Position numbers and translations under genes: made by a program. The notes under the pieces were generated by a model, which ran no database searches, was not told the DNA's origin, and saw only the letters and a list, made by a program, of their open reading frames with translations. A stretch of 64,000 nucleotides of DNA, taken from the NCBI RefSeq assembly GCF_026210795.1, contig NC_089430.1, positions 3,844,001 through 3,908,000 on the forward strand. Reading direction: 5' to 3'. This DNA comes from Rhizophagus irregularis. Its lineage: Eukaryota. Positions 37,246-49,355 of this stretch are shown piece after piece (positions within the stretch are counted from its first letter, which is position 1; every line of letters begins with the position of its first letter).

Positions 37246-40200
37246 GGGGCGTGCCAGAAATCAGCTGATTTCAGTCAATTAGAAGGCTTGACCCCCCCAC
37301 CCCTACCTGATTATCTGATTAAGCATTTTGATTGGCTAAAATAATATATAATTAATAAAAAAATTTTTATTGATTTTAAAAAAAATGTATTGATCTTGCT
37401 GTGATTTTAATCAAAATTTAAATAAACTGCTTGCTTTATATTCTATAAAATCATGCAAAGTTTTTTGAAAGGTCCGAATTTTAATAAAAAATTTTTTTTT
37501 AAACAACCTCAAAATAAATATCAAGAGTTTTGCAACGTGTATGCATATTACAAACAAGCAACACTCTGTAATCCAAAGTTAAATCACCAGCAACTAATGG
37601 AAGAGTGTACAACTGTTTGGAAAGAAGTTAGAAAAAATGACACCACTTTTATTGAAAATAAAATTTGTGAATATTATGATACTGTACCTTCTACTGTTCA
37701 TTCTCATCAAAAAATTTTTATGTCACGTAATGTGACTAGTAGTTTTCATCATACCTCCACTCCAAAATATACCTCTACTCCAAGACAATTAGTTGGATTT
37801 ATTGATACTACCAAAATACCAAAAAATGCTACATCACAACGTAATGCAGCTGAAAAAATCAATTTAGCTATTAAAAAGATATCTGAATATGAACAAATGA
37901 TGGAAATTTCTACAGATGACTCAATAAAAGTTACACTATTATCAAAAATAATTGATGAACAAAAAATATTATCAGAACAAAGGCTCAACTAAATAAATTA
38001 AAACGTCATGCTTGGTGCACAAGCAAAGTTAACAACGAAAAAATTAAAGTTGCTAGAAGAAGAAGGAGTTGTAGAAAAATATGATACTCCAGGAAGACCA
38101 TCTGCAGCTATGAAAGACCCAGATCTATGGGATAAGATTCATGATAGTATTGAATTTGGAGCTGCTCATGCTAAACGTAGAAAAGTAATTATTAAAGTAA
38201 GAACGGTAAAGCATCTACACGAAGCCTTAGAAGAAAAATATAATACCTATCTATCTCGTCAATGCTTGTCTACTTATCTCCAACCCGCCATCAAAATACT
38301 TTTGCAGCGCGTCGTCATCATCATCCAGCAAAAGTTGGTCTCGCAAGGACCCAGAAATATATATACAGGGGTAGGGTACACAGATGCGTCGCCATCATAG
38401 TGGAATTAGACGGAGTAAAGTTTTGATTTGCGTACAATTTTAGAATTTTTCATCTATAGTTAGGTCATCAAGATTGCGTATTTTTTATCAAAATTTTTAT
38501 ATGTAAAAAATTAGTTTGCGTATTTTTGGCCTAAATTTGGCTAATCTTATTTATAAAATATTTTTATTGTACGTACTTATTTAATTAACCGCATTGTAAT
38601 ATTTAGTATTAATTGAAAGAAATTTCTAATGGTTAAAAGTGTAATTTTAGAAAAATATTATTGAAAAATGGTAAATTCTATTTTTTCACATTAGTATTTG
38701 GTTTTATAAATAATAGAGAAGCCATGATAAAATAATTAATAACTTAATGTCTGAAATTTTATTTGCGTATTTTTGCAGGATTTTCAATATCAGGTATCAA
38801 TTATGCGTACTACTCATATAAAAAGTCTCTGCGTACAGCTCATAGTAAAAAAATTTTTTGCCACCTGACCCCTATATATATATTTCTGGGTCCTGTCTCG
38901 CATCTGTAGTATGAACAGAAATGAAATCTCATGTTGATGAACACTATTGTTTAGCTTCTGTTAAAGCTGCAAAAATGTTTGCTGAAGTTTTGCGAATGAA
39001 GCAGTTATTATTTCCCAAGATGATAAGGCAAAGGTAGGATTAGGAACACCTGCAGTTGGCCGTACATTTAAGACAGTTCAAACTGTCAACGAACCAGTAA
39101 TTATTGAAGATCATGATTTTCCAGTTGGTTCAAAAATGAAACTCATACCTTCTGTTTATCTAACTATTGATCCAACTGATTCAAGTAATACTCTTCAAAC
39201 TGGTAAACTTTCCATATTCATTAGACCAGAATATTTTATTGGAACATCATCAGAAACCCATATAGCGGATTTAGAAAGCATTGTTTCTAATGAAGAATTT
39301 TTCACTATCATAAAAAAAGATGATGAAGTTAAACCTATTTGGATCCTTCTTGTTGATGGTGGACCTGACGAAAATCCAAAGCATATGAAAAATATTATTC
39401 AATATGCTCACCTTTTTCGCGCTCTTAATTTGGATTATTTAACAGTTCGTACTCATGCTCCAGGTCAAAGTGCATATAATCCAGTAGAACGGGGTATGGC
39501 TTCTTTATCTGCAAAACTTGCCGGTATCACTTTACCTGTAAATGAGTTCAGTTCACATCTAGATAGTCAAGGTAATGTAATAGATGAAGAATTAGCACGA
39601 CGAAATTTTGAGTTTTCGGGAAAAAGATTATGTGATATATGGAGAAGAGATGACATACATGGAAAGCCCGTAACAGTGGAATATATTGACAAGGAAATAA
39701 TTCCATTTAATGAGTTTGATTCTTCAACATCATGGGAATGGATAGAGAACCATGCACAAATTTGCCGCTATTCACTAGATATAAAAAAATGTAAAAATCG
39801 GGAATGTTGTAGTGAAAATAGAGCCACAGATGCAATGTACTTTTGGATGAAAATGACGGATTCCTTCCTCCGATTACAAAAGGAAAAGACGGTCATTTCA
39901 TTAATCCAATTCACGCCTTTCAATATTATGATAAGCTTAAAATCTTACCATATGACCGTTGTTGTCCTTCAATTTCACAAGAACTACACCAGCGGCTGTG
40001 TTGTAATATTTGCGGTAAATACTTTCCAACTCTAAAATTTATGAAGGAATATAAACGCAACGTACATTCTAAACGTCACTCTCAAAATAACAAGCAATTA
40101 AAAAGAACTCATAACGAAACAGAATTGGAATGTGTAGTTATTCCATTTCGAAATTTTAATGTTGCAGAAGATATAATCCAAGGACAAGTCTCATGGCAGA

Positions 40201-40553
40201 AAGTTATTTTGGATTATCGTGAAGTTCAGTCAGATGAAGACTAGTTAAATTAGTGTTTTCTTTCTTTTTGTTTTTTCTTTTATAATTAATAAATAAATGA
40301 ACGTTAAATTACTTTTTTTAAACATTTTTTATGGTGTTTTAAACTTTATTTATTTTTAGACATTAATGATACATAAATACATTACATAAAAACTCAGTGT
40401 TACATTTTACGGATTTACCATATTCCATATTCAATTTTACTAATAAATAATTAGCCAATAAAATTACAAATACTTATCACATGATATATATGGACCTGAT
40501 TTATAGCTTAACCCCCCATCCCCTCTTAAATCAGCTGATTCCTGGCACGCCCC
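37246..40553 (+). mobile_element. Zator-superfamily DNA transposon, full length, transposase inactivated
   Basis: 26-bp TIRs GGGGCGTGCCAG(A/G)AATCAGCTGATTT (37246-37271 and 40528-40553, 1 mismatch). 3-bp TSD TTA (37243-37245, 40554-40556). Transposase at 37453-40244 with SQDDKAKV, DHDFP..KLIPSVY, VDGGPDENP and APGQSAYNPVER motifs; frameshifts, a stop at 38912 and a MITE insertion. Confidence 0.88.
38346..38894. mobile_element. 549-bp MITE inserted in the Zator transposase, 8-bp TSD
   Basis: TIR AGGACCCAGAAATATATATA(C/T)AGGGGT at both ends. TSD GTCTCGCA at 38338-38345 and 38895-38902. Excision restores the reading KVGLASV...TEMKSHVDEHYC. Confidence 0.9.
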
Positions 40554-40660
40554 TTACCAGTAACTGACTGGTAACTGATTGGCATTTTTGCCAAATACTA
40601 TTACCAATCAGACAGTTTATTAACTTTTGATCCAGTGATCAGAAAAGAATGAAATATAGC

Positions 40661-41505
40661 TAGGGGTGTGGGGGTCCAACTAGTTGGTTACACAATATAA
40701 TATACAATAAGTCTAATAAATCAAAACCGTCCTCCATATAAATTCATATACGTTATTAGTAAATTATGATGATCAGTGAACAAAATACCCCTGCAATTAA
40801 AAAACCAGCCACCCAATTATGTTATCCTTGAAATATGATCATCTTTACATCTGTTTTGTCGCGTTCAAGTACTTTAAATAATGTTTAGACCTTCTCTGAA
40901 AAGAAAAAAACAACATTGGTAGTTTTATTTTAGTATTTATAATGAATAAATCAATATTTAGAAGTCTAAAACAAGTAAACTAAGTTTATTTTTTACAAGA
41001 AAACATTATTTATATAAACTTTTAATTTAGAATAACTTTTAAACCTTTTTTTTTTAAAAAAAAAACTGAAAAAAATATTGTCTATAGTAAATGTTTACAA
41101 TAAATAGTTGTATGCAATTTTCACTAATAAAAGAGAATGTATTTAATAAAATTTTAATATAAAAGTGATATTTATTGTTAAAAAAATATTTTTAAAAAAA
41201 TTTTTTTAATACATATTTCGAAATAATAGTTTTTCTAATAAACTATATTAAAACTTTGACCTGAAAAACCCAATAACGCTCTAATAGCCATGAAAATTTG
41301 CCAATATATGACTCTTACCAACACTAATCTACTCTTGAACATCGGCTTTTAGAAATGTTATGTGTCAAAAATTTTAGGCTTGGAATGTTGTCTTGGATAT
41401 ATTAAAATAATAAAATTCAGGGGTGATGGTAGTGGAACAGTTTGGTAATATAAAATTATATTGTGTAACCAACCAGTTAGACCTCCCACACGGCCACACC
41501 CCTAG
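40661..41505. mobile_element. ~845-bp MITE inserted in the foldback repeat
   Basis: Termini taggggtgtgg...ccacaccccta(g), with inner inverted repeat gttggttacacaatataat / attatattgtgtaaccaac. Flanking duplication aatatagc (40653-40660, 41506-41513); TSD length ambiguous by 1 nt. Confidence 0.82.
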
Positions 41506-41624
41506 AATATAGCTCATTGAAATTGTTTCAATAAGACAAATCTAATTGTAGTAAAATTGCATTTCTAGGATTAATACTTGATGAGAAATTAAGTAAAATA
41601 TAAAAATAAAAATTTTTATATTGA

Positions 41625-42052
41625 ATTCTTATATGTATTTTTTTCTGCTTTACAGATTTCACTAAGCAAAAAAAGCAGGTTAAAAATGCTGATTTTGAGT
41701 TGTATATAGTAAAACTATCAAAATTGCTTAAATTGAATCTAAAAATTAGGCGTGTATATGGCACATTTATCCTACAAATCCCATATTTTATTATTATATG
41801 CAATTTTATCAGCTCTATGAATTTTACTAATTATAAAATGCAGATTAAAAATGCTAATTTTGAGTTGTATATTGTGAAACTGTCAAAATTGCTAAAATTG
41901 AACCTAAAAATTATGCGCATATATGACACTTTTATCCTATAAATCCCATATTTTATAATTATATGTATACCATATCGTTCTACAACTTTCATTAATTAAC
42001 AAAAGTAGGCTAAAAATGCCAATTTTGAATTCTATATAGAGAAACTGCAAAA
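41625..42052. repeat. 165-bp tandem repeat, ~2.6 copies
   Basis: taaaaatgc..attttga starts at 41681, 41846 and 42011. Confidence 0.85.
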
Positions 42053-42769
42053 ATACTTTATTGTAATAAAATTTAATTTTAATTCTTTTAATCAAAGATA
42101 CTTTAAAACTGTTGCTGATACATTATTATCAAATTTAACATTTAAAAAATAGAATATTTAGTTAATACATACTAAAATAATAGGGTTTAATATTTATTAA
42201 GTTGTAACATTTAATATATAAATAAGAATAACAATTATTCTTATATATATATAAGCATTTAATATAACTTTAAAATACATTATTTTAACATCTAATGATT
42301 GGATTTTGATAATTTTTTGTTTATTAAACTCATCTTATCAAGTAAAATTAAATATTAATTATTTGTACTAATAGAAGTAATACTTACTAAGTTATAATAA
42401 TTAAAATAGCATTTAAATTATTCCATAATATAATGGTTAAAAATTAAAAATTTACAGTTCATTAAATTCCTCTCAATGAGACGAATCTAATGATTATTAT
42501 TTTATAAAAATTGAAGCAATATTGGCTGAGATACATCAATTTGAATTTTTTAAAGCAATTGCTGGGACATATTTACTGACCGATAATAATAAAATGGGAA
42601 TTATTCAATGTTATGTTGCATCGTAAATGTAAAGACTGTTGCAGAGAAACGAAACTACGCTTCCGCTTTATTAATACAGATGTAAAAAACAAATACAAGT
42701 GCGGGGCTTTATCCGTGATATATAACGAATTTTCAATACTAATATACACGAGTCCAATATCTCTATTTT

Positions 42770-43409
42770 TTCGAACGATACCCTCTATCTTAGACCTCTT
42801 CCTATCGGGTTCTTCGTCTGAACATGCCCTATCCTTTATTAACCCAATGATCACGCCCAAACCTTATTTCACACTATTACGTAACGTTTGATATTCTTTG
42901 GAGCCTTTATCCAAGGCCTTCTTGTTAAATTCGATGGTGTGGGGGATTTCGTAATGATTCATAGGGATAGTGGAAGTCATCATCGTCCAGTTTTTCGTTT
43001 TCTCTTGATCGTTTCATACGAACTTTTGAGTTGCTTGATATTTTGGACAAAATCTTTGAGGATACTACGCCGGACCTTGTCTTTTGTGATGCAAATAAGT
43101 CTTGAGGATATATGTTGTTAGTATACTCTCATCACCAATTATTTCGTATTCAGGTATCATAGGGATGTATGGAGTATAGTTGAAACGTATTTATTATGTA
43201 TAGATTCCAATTTATATACAACCAAAGATCCATAATTCTTAAAATATTCTCCACGCAATGCTTAAAATGCTTGTTGATGTCTTGAATTTCATGGGTTTGG
43301 TAGTCTTGAGCCGTATTATATTTTTTAACTTCGTCCGCCAGGTGAGTGTCTCATTTCCAGGTGTAGTAGCAGAAGTGGAGGTAGAGGCGGGAGTACTAGT
43401 TTCAGACAT
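42770..43409 (-). pseudogene. Deleted and frameshifted member of a Glomeromycota multicopy SAM-like + PD-(D/E)xK nuclease-like (Crinkler-related) family
   Basis: Start MSETSTPASTSTSATTPGNETLT. Fragments CITKDKV, FVQNIKQLKSSYET, IEFNKKALDKGSKEYQTLRNSVK and GVIIGLIKDRACSDEEPDRKRSKIEG in mixed frames. Family assignment from recall. Confidence 0.65.
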
Positions 43410-43469
43410 AGTGCTTTTATATTGATATTAGACTCAGATAAAAAAAAACGTGTCACGTTCTGGAGCGAG

Positions 43470-44040
43470 AAAAAAATTTTTTCCTGATGAGGAGCTGATG
43501 TCTTCTGCGCATTTTAGACTTGAGCAAAGATTTGTATAAACTGGGTATAGTTTTTTTCCCATTCTTTCATAAGATCTTCGAGCTATGCAGTACTTTAACG
43601 GCTCTCTAGAATATCACGACGCATTCGACGCAATAGCTCTTCACCGATTAACATATCGTGAGTTAGAAATGAAGTATAATATTTTCTAGGATCTTCCTTT
43701 CTCCATTGCACCACGGTAAAATCGCGTATCACTCTCCAAGTCACTGCGGAAGCATTCACCGGCCATCTTTTTTTCTCAGCCTCAGTAATTATCAAAAATT
43801 TCTCGGATCGATCGTGATCACGGCGTCAATATTAATCTTATTTGGGGAATCGGTCGACGAGATGATGCAGGCGAATTCTTAACTATTTCTGGAGGAATCA
43901 TTTGAAAAATTAGAGACATGGGTTAAAGGAATAGGTGCTGTTGAAGCACTTCAGCTGAAACCAAAGGATTCGTTTGTGCCTCTGATACAGCAGTCTGATC
44001 ATCATCATCTTGTTTTGCATCTTCGGTGTTAACCGATTCG
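43470..44040 (-). pseudogene. Decayed intronless gene of an uncharacterised multicopy family
   Basis: Fragments MIPPEIVKNSPASSRRPIPQIRL and ITEAEKKRWPVNASAVTWRVIRDFTVVQWRKEDPRKY are separated by frameshifts; ends just upstream of the 43409 ATG. Confidence 0.55.
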
Positions 44041-44569
44041 GTACGTTGAATAGATTAACTATGATTTGCAGTCAGGGAGATTAAGTACGTTTAACTATGA
44101 CTGAAATCCAATCAAACAAGACACGCTTAAATAGGGAGTTCGTTTATAGTGTAAAAGGTTATACTTTATTATAGAACTTTATAATTACAAGTATGAGAAT
44201 TAAGGAACTAAAGATAAACTAATTCGAACTGAAGGAACTTAACTTATAACGAAGGAAAATACCAACGTTATTTATATAAAAGTTACTACATATAAAGATA
44301 TAATAAATATAATAGATATAATAAATATAAGAAATATAACTAATATAATAAATATAACTAATAAATTAAATATAATAAATAAAATAATTATATCGATTAT
44401 ATTAAATATAATTAATATAATAAATATAATAGAAATAATAGGCTAAGTAGGCTGCGGCTAGGTCGGCTTGGCACAGTTGGGCACAGTAGATCCTAATTTT
44501 CCACATGATCTTCTGGCGCAGTAAGTTGTAACTCTACACGTGACTAGGGGTAACATCGGGAATTCCATA

Positions 44570-45335
44570 TTGGAATTTTCGGTGAAGTGATCTATAATCG
44601 TTTAAATATGAGAATTAGTAAATTTGAAATAGTATCGCACTATATGTTTTGATATAATGAATCTTGTCATACATCATCAAATAAATTACCAATCGCCTTA
44701 AAGCTTTACGTAATGCTTAACACTAAAATTTTACGCAGGCGTTGGGAAGATCGTATACTTGTCCCTTTTGCTTTTTCTTAGCATTATTGTTGGCCATAAA
44801 ATCTTTATACGTAACTTTTGAATTCTCATTGGATTTGATTACATCTACTTTAGCTTCACGTGTATCTTTATAAAGACTAATAATATCCCGATTTGGGCAA
44901 TCATTGTTCGGAGAAATTTCAATCGCATGTTTTTCTTCCTCTTCCTTGGATTAGATTATTTCCTGAATCAAACCCTGTTCGTTTTTTCGCTCATGAGAAC
45001 TAATGGGCAATTCTGGGAAACTGAAGATACCTCGGAAGCTGTTTCACGTAAAAGCTTTTTCTCCCTAATCCCTATTCCTCTGCCTAATCTCATCACCAAC
45101 CCATTTATTATGTGCCTCATCCAAGAAAGCATCAGTCTTCTTATCCTCCAATGACTTCTCCCCGCTCATATCCGCCTTCACACTCAGCAACCGTATCCAG
45201 TCCTACCATTCTCTAACTCCTTGGATTCTACTTCACGCTCTGCATTCTCAGCTTCATGATTGGTTCTCTCTTCTGCAACTTGCTTTAAAATCTTTTGGCA
45301 TTCTCTTATTTAAGTAAGTCAATCTCGAATTCCAT
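44570..45335 (-). pseudogene. Decayed coiled-coil gene of an uncharacterised multicopy family
   Basis: Start MEFEIDLL, then KSLEDKKTDAFLDEAHNKWVGDEIRQRNR, EKKLLRET, and near the end DKIHYIKTYSA and TIIDHFTENSNMEF, with stops and frameshifts. Confidence 0.6.
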
Positions 45336-45508
45336 CTTCGAAAACACTTTTCATACACTATTATAAGCATTCAAATAAATAAACACGTGATTTTGGTCAA
45401 ACAAAGTTCCTAAGAAAAATTTTTATTAATACGCGAAAAAATAAATACAAAAGTTCGAGACGTAGCCCGTAATACATATGTCTATCTAACGTACAAGGCG
45501 AGCGAAAC

Positions 45509-47570
45509 CTATTCGTTAATATATTTTTTCGTCCTGATTCTCTTACTAACTGGTGAGTCATCAACTTCTACCCTATCCTTTAAAAAACCTACGATTACCC
45601 CAATATCCTCAGTAAGAGCGATGTGATAGTCCGGCTTTCGTGCAATAAATTAGTACCAGTCCGTGGCTAGAATAGATAAGAGTTAGTAATTTTTCCTAGT
45701 ATTTAGCTCGTGCAAAAAATCTCACCTGTTGTAACGATCCCATAGAGGTAGTCGAAATCATCCTCGAAAGCTAATACCCAAGACTTCTTGATTCTGCTTT
45801 TCTTCGGTGTTGCAAATAAGTTCTTCGTTTAATGAATCTATTATCTTTTTGATCGCCTAATCAATTCGCCTGTTGCTTCATCACCAACGAGATTCTTTTT
45901 CTAACAATTTTCTTGACAATAAATATGACAATAAATATGACAGAAAGTAACACTGCCTCGATATTAGAATAACACAAGACCTCATTACTTGATTTCGCTG
46001 GACCTATGATTTCCATTTACGTTTAATCTCCGCCATACAGTATTGGAAGTCTTTGTCATCGTCGCCAATTTTTTCAGTCTCTAAATTCAGAAGTTGTATC
46101 TCTCCCTAGCTAGCAAGATAAAAGTATAACCTATTTTTGACTTACCTGAACAATGGAATCTTTTATATGTCATTATTATCGATCCCATCTTTGCACAACA
46201 CCTCACTAAAGTCTTTCTGAATTTTGTATAAGCGTCTCAATTTACAATATCGTAACTGTTAAACATGTTATTTGTATTACATTAGAATTATGTTACATGA
46301 TACATCGCATTATTGTTTTGTTGTCTTGTTACATAGTATATTACATTGTTTTTTTCTCATTTTAAATAATCGTGGTATCAATACGTCATTAATTAATAAC
46401 TACATTAATTTGGTACAAAGGTAATAGCACTTAAGAGATATTAATTCCTGATAAAATATTTTCTTGATAATTTCGTCGCTTCTTTTTAGAAAGGTTTATA
46501 TATACTTCTTGACACCTAATTCCTGTATATATTCCTCAAGTTCCAACGAAGGATCTAATCTTACCCCACATTCCCTAAGATCACTCTTGGTTAACTTCAA
46601 AAAAGTGCGTCTGGGGATATTTTCCTCCATAATTTTCATAAAAAAGTTATCGTCAAGCTTCAGTTCACTTAAATTCTTATCATTTCTCAGAAACTCTACA
46701 AGTCTTCCCGTTCCAAACTCCTTAAAATTTTCAATTGAAATAGAAGGTTTTGAAGTAGTAGGTTCATTCAGAATGGTGGGAGGTTCAATTGTTGAAGTAA
46801 TAGTTTCATCAATTTTATATAAAATTGGGTCTTTAGAACCTGCTTGTCTCGATGCCAGAAAGTTAATCGGTCGACCTTCGACACAAAATTCTCCATCTCG
46901 AACTTTGCTAAAGAAAGTTCCTGCATCATTCTCATTTTCGAGATGGATATCCGAAGCTAAAAAAAAAATTGATCATTAGTGTGATATTAGGCTACAGAAT
47001 TATTATGACCAAAAATGGTCTATTAAGGAACTCCAACCAATGAAAAAAATGCTTACTCATTGTCTTCCGATTTTAAAATATGAAACTTCCCAACGGTACA
47101 ATTTGTTTTCTCCCAGATACATTCGGTCAATTGTTTTTTATTGATTCTATACAGGTTCCCCTGATAAATACCGAGTGTTCTGGAGGACAACATAACCTTC
47201 GTTTCTGAGCTGAAAAGCAAATGTAAGTGTAAACATGTGTAAAAAATACAAACGCTTAGTAAGAAATAAAATAGATTGTGAAAGTGTAGAGGCGTAACGT
47301 TAAAAAATATATAAATGTAGCGTAATGTAATGTAACGTAATGTAATGTAGTGTAATGTAATATAGCGAAGTAATGTAATGTAGCGTAGTAATGTAATGTA
47401 GCGTAGTAATGTAATGTAGCGTTAATGTAATGTAGCGTAATGAAATGTAGCGTAGAAAAACGTTATTGCTTTCTTTATATGACGAAGGAAAGGTACATAA
47501 CAGATTCTTCTTCCAGAATCCGTAGACCTTCATCACCTACACTTCCTCAATCGTTTTATACTTACACATA
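45509..47570 (-). pseudogene. Multi-exon SAM-like + PD-(D/E)xK nuclease-like (Crinkler-related) pseudogene
   Basis: Open minus-strand stretch ~46500-46957 (RLVEFLRNDKNLSELKLDDNFFMKIMEENIPRRTFLKLTKSDLRECGVRLDPSLELEEYIQEL, SAM-like). Downstream DDKDFQYCMAEIKRK, LVGDEATG, AIKKIIDSLNEELICNTEEKQNQ, and C-terminal GVIVGFLKDRVEVDDSPVSKR, similar to the 42770 copy. GT-AG intron remnants; stops and frameshifts; 5' boundary uncertain. Confidence 0.65.
47310..47455. repeat. Degenerate (TAATG/TAGCG)n pentamer microsatellite
   Basis: Direct reading; produces the spurious LHYIT-repeat ORF 47300-47536. Confidence 0.85.
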
Positions 47571-49240
47571 TTAAATCGCTTTGAGAACTTAATACACGAT
47601 AAAATCAATTCGCTTTTTAAATGTAAGAAACTGATGAGAAAAGACACGACTGGAAATAAGAAAAGTTGATAAGAAAAGAAGAGATATTTATATTTGGACG
47701 CGTCCCATCACGTGACTGTGGAAAAATTCAGTGATTTCAGTCAGTAGAAAGTGATGTCTGTGTAATGTGCACAACGCTTTTCAAGTGTCTGATGACTCTT
47801 CTTCACCCCACCACGCAGTAACATCATCCATATTACAACGTAGCTATATAGATACCTTTCCTTTTTAAATCAGATCTACTATTTCTGTGATGTAGCTATG
47901 TAAAAATTCACAGGGAACAACTGATAAAGGCTGTTGTATTGACTAATTGTACTATTTGTTTCGCAAATAATATGAATAATGTGATTTATTATAAATGATC
48001 AGTTTAATGGTGGCTAAGCTTTCACAAAGAAATATATATTAACCAGGAAGCAAATGACAAAAACAATAGGAGAAAATTTGAAATTGACTTTAAAGTCCAA
48101 TGACATTTTCAGGCGCGAAGAAATTTTGGTTATAGTGTATGGAAAATTCACGTGATTTCTGTGAATTTTATTCATGGATATTTTGCCAAGAAAAATTTTT
48201 TATTAATACACGCAAAAAATAAATACAAAGATCGGAACTATGCCCGTGATACATGACGATTTTTCTATACTAGTGTCTGCAGACTTATACCGCCTATTTT
48301 TTCTTGATTACTCTTCTACATGGCGTTTCTTATTTGCAGGATCTCTACTAGCTAATTTAACAAACTCAAACTTCCAAAATCCTCTTCACATTCTTGCGTA
48401 ATTCGGTTGGGTCTTACTTGTACAGTAGATGCCTTCAGTACTATGTGGCTAAGAAATTGTGAAACTAGTTAGTGACGCAATAGCGATTCACTAGAGTTAA
48501 TTTCTCACCTACCACAGACATATTCATACTCGGAACCGAATGCCTCGTCGGGCTAGTACTTCGATCCGTAGCGGATTTTCATCCGGATTGAATTTCATTA
48601 AATTTCGCTGACACTATAAGTTTGGCCAGAATTAGTATAAATTTTTGGGATAATAATACTTTAATGTTGATTTAAATTATAGTCTGTTTAAATCTGAAAT
48701 TCATAATCTTTCTCAGCCATAATCGTCACATGAAAATATTCAAAGTTTTCATCTGGATCGAAGCACTACGTCGGGCTTCCGCATTTTCTTGAGCATGTTT
48801 GAGTTCATTTATATCGATAATGCCAGTTAGCTTTTGTACAAAGTGAAAAATAAAATCTACATTACTTACATCACATGAACTTTTTTACATTGCATAACGT
48901 TAATGATATTAAATAATTACTTTTATTTCTTTTATTTTATTAAACTTTTAAATTCAAATTTCTTAAAAAATGAATTTAATAAATTTTATCTTTATTTTAA
49001 AAATCATTAATTTTTTTTAATATTAATCATCTTTATTAAATTATTTTCATTTAAAAATTTCAATATTTCAATATATTAAAAAAAAAATATGCAGGAAATT
49101 ATAATTAATTTAATTAATTTATCAATAATTTCTTAATACTTTAAAAATAATAATTAATATAAAATTTAATATAAAAATTTTACACAAAACAGTTATTTTA
49201 TTGTTTTTTGATATTGGTATTCAACCTTCTTTTTTTGTTC

Positions 49241-49355
49241 CAAAGAATTTTGCACAAAGAATTTTTTATCTATAGAATTTTCCCAAAGAATTTTTTATCT
49301 ACAAGAAATTTTGCACAAAGAATTCTATCTAAAGAATTTTGCACACAAAGAATCT
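49241..49355. repeat. Short 14-16-bp tandem repeat (aaagaattttgcac / aaagaattttttatct)
   Basis: About 7-8 agaatt-containing units in tandem. Confidence 0.75.

Larger units (their letters stand above)
37210..41615 (+). repeat. Left arm of the 8872-9367 foldback family, split by two insertions into three pieces (37210-37245, 40557-40660, 41506-41615)
   Basis: The joined pieces read gaaaaatcagacaccaatc / ...ctgattggcatttttgccaaata...taacttttgatccagtgatcagaaaagaatgaaatatagc / tcattg...tctaggattaatacttgatgagaaattaagtaaaatataaaaataaaaat, collinear with 8878-9110. Confidence 0.85.

Noticed and set aside
41700..41942. 80-aa ORF with an internal repeat
   Set aside because: By-product of the 165-bp tandem repeat.
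46464..46979. 171-aa + strand ORF
   Set aside because: Antisense shadow of the minus-strand SAM-like exon.
48240..48840. GC-richer segment that may be further pseudogene debris
   Set aside because: No interpretable reading frame or motif.
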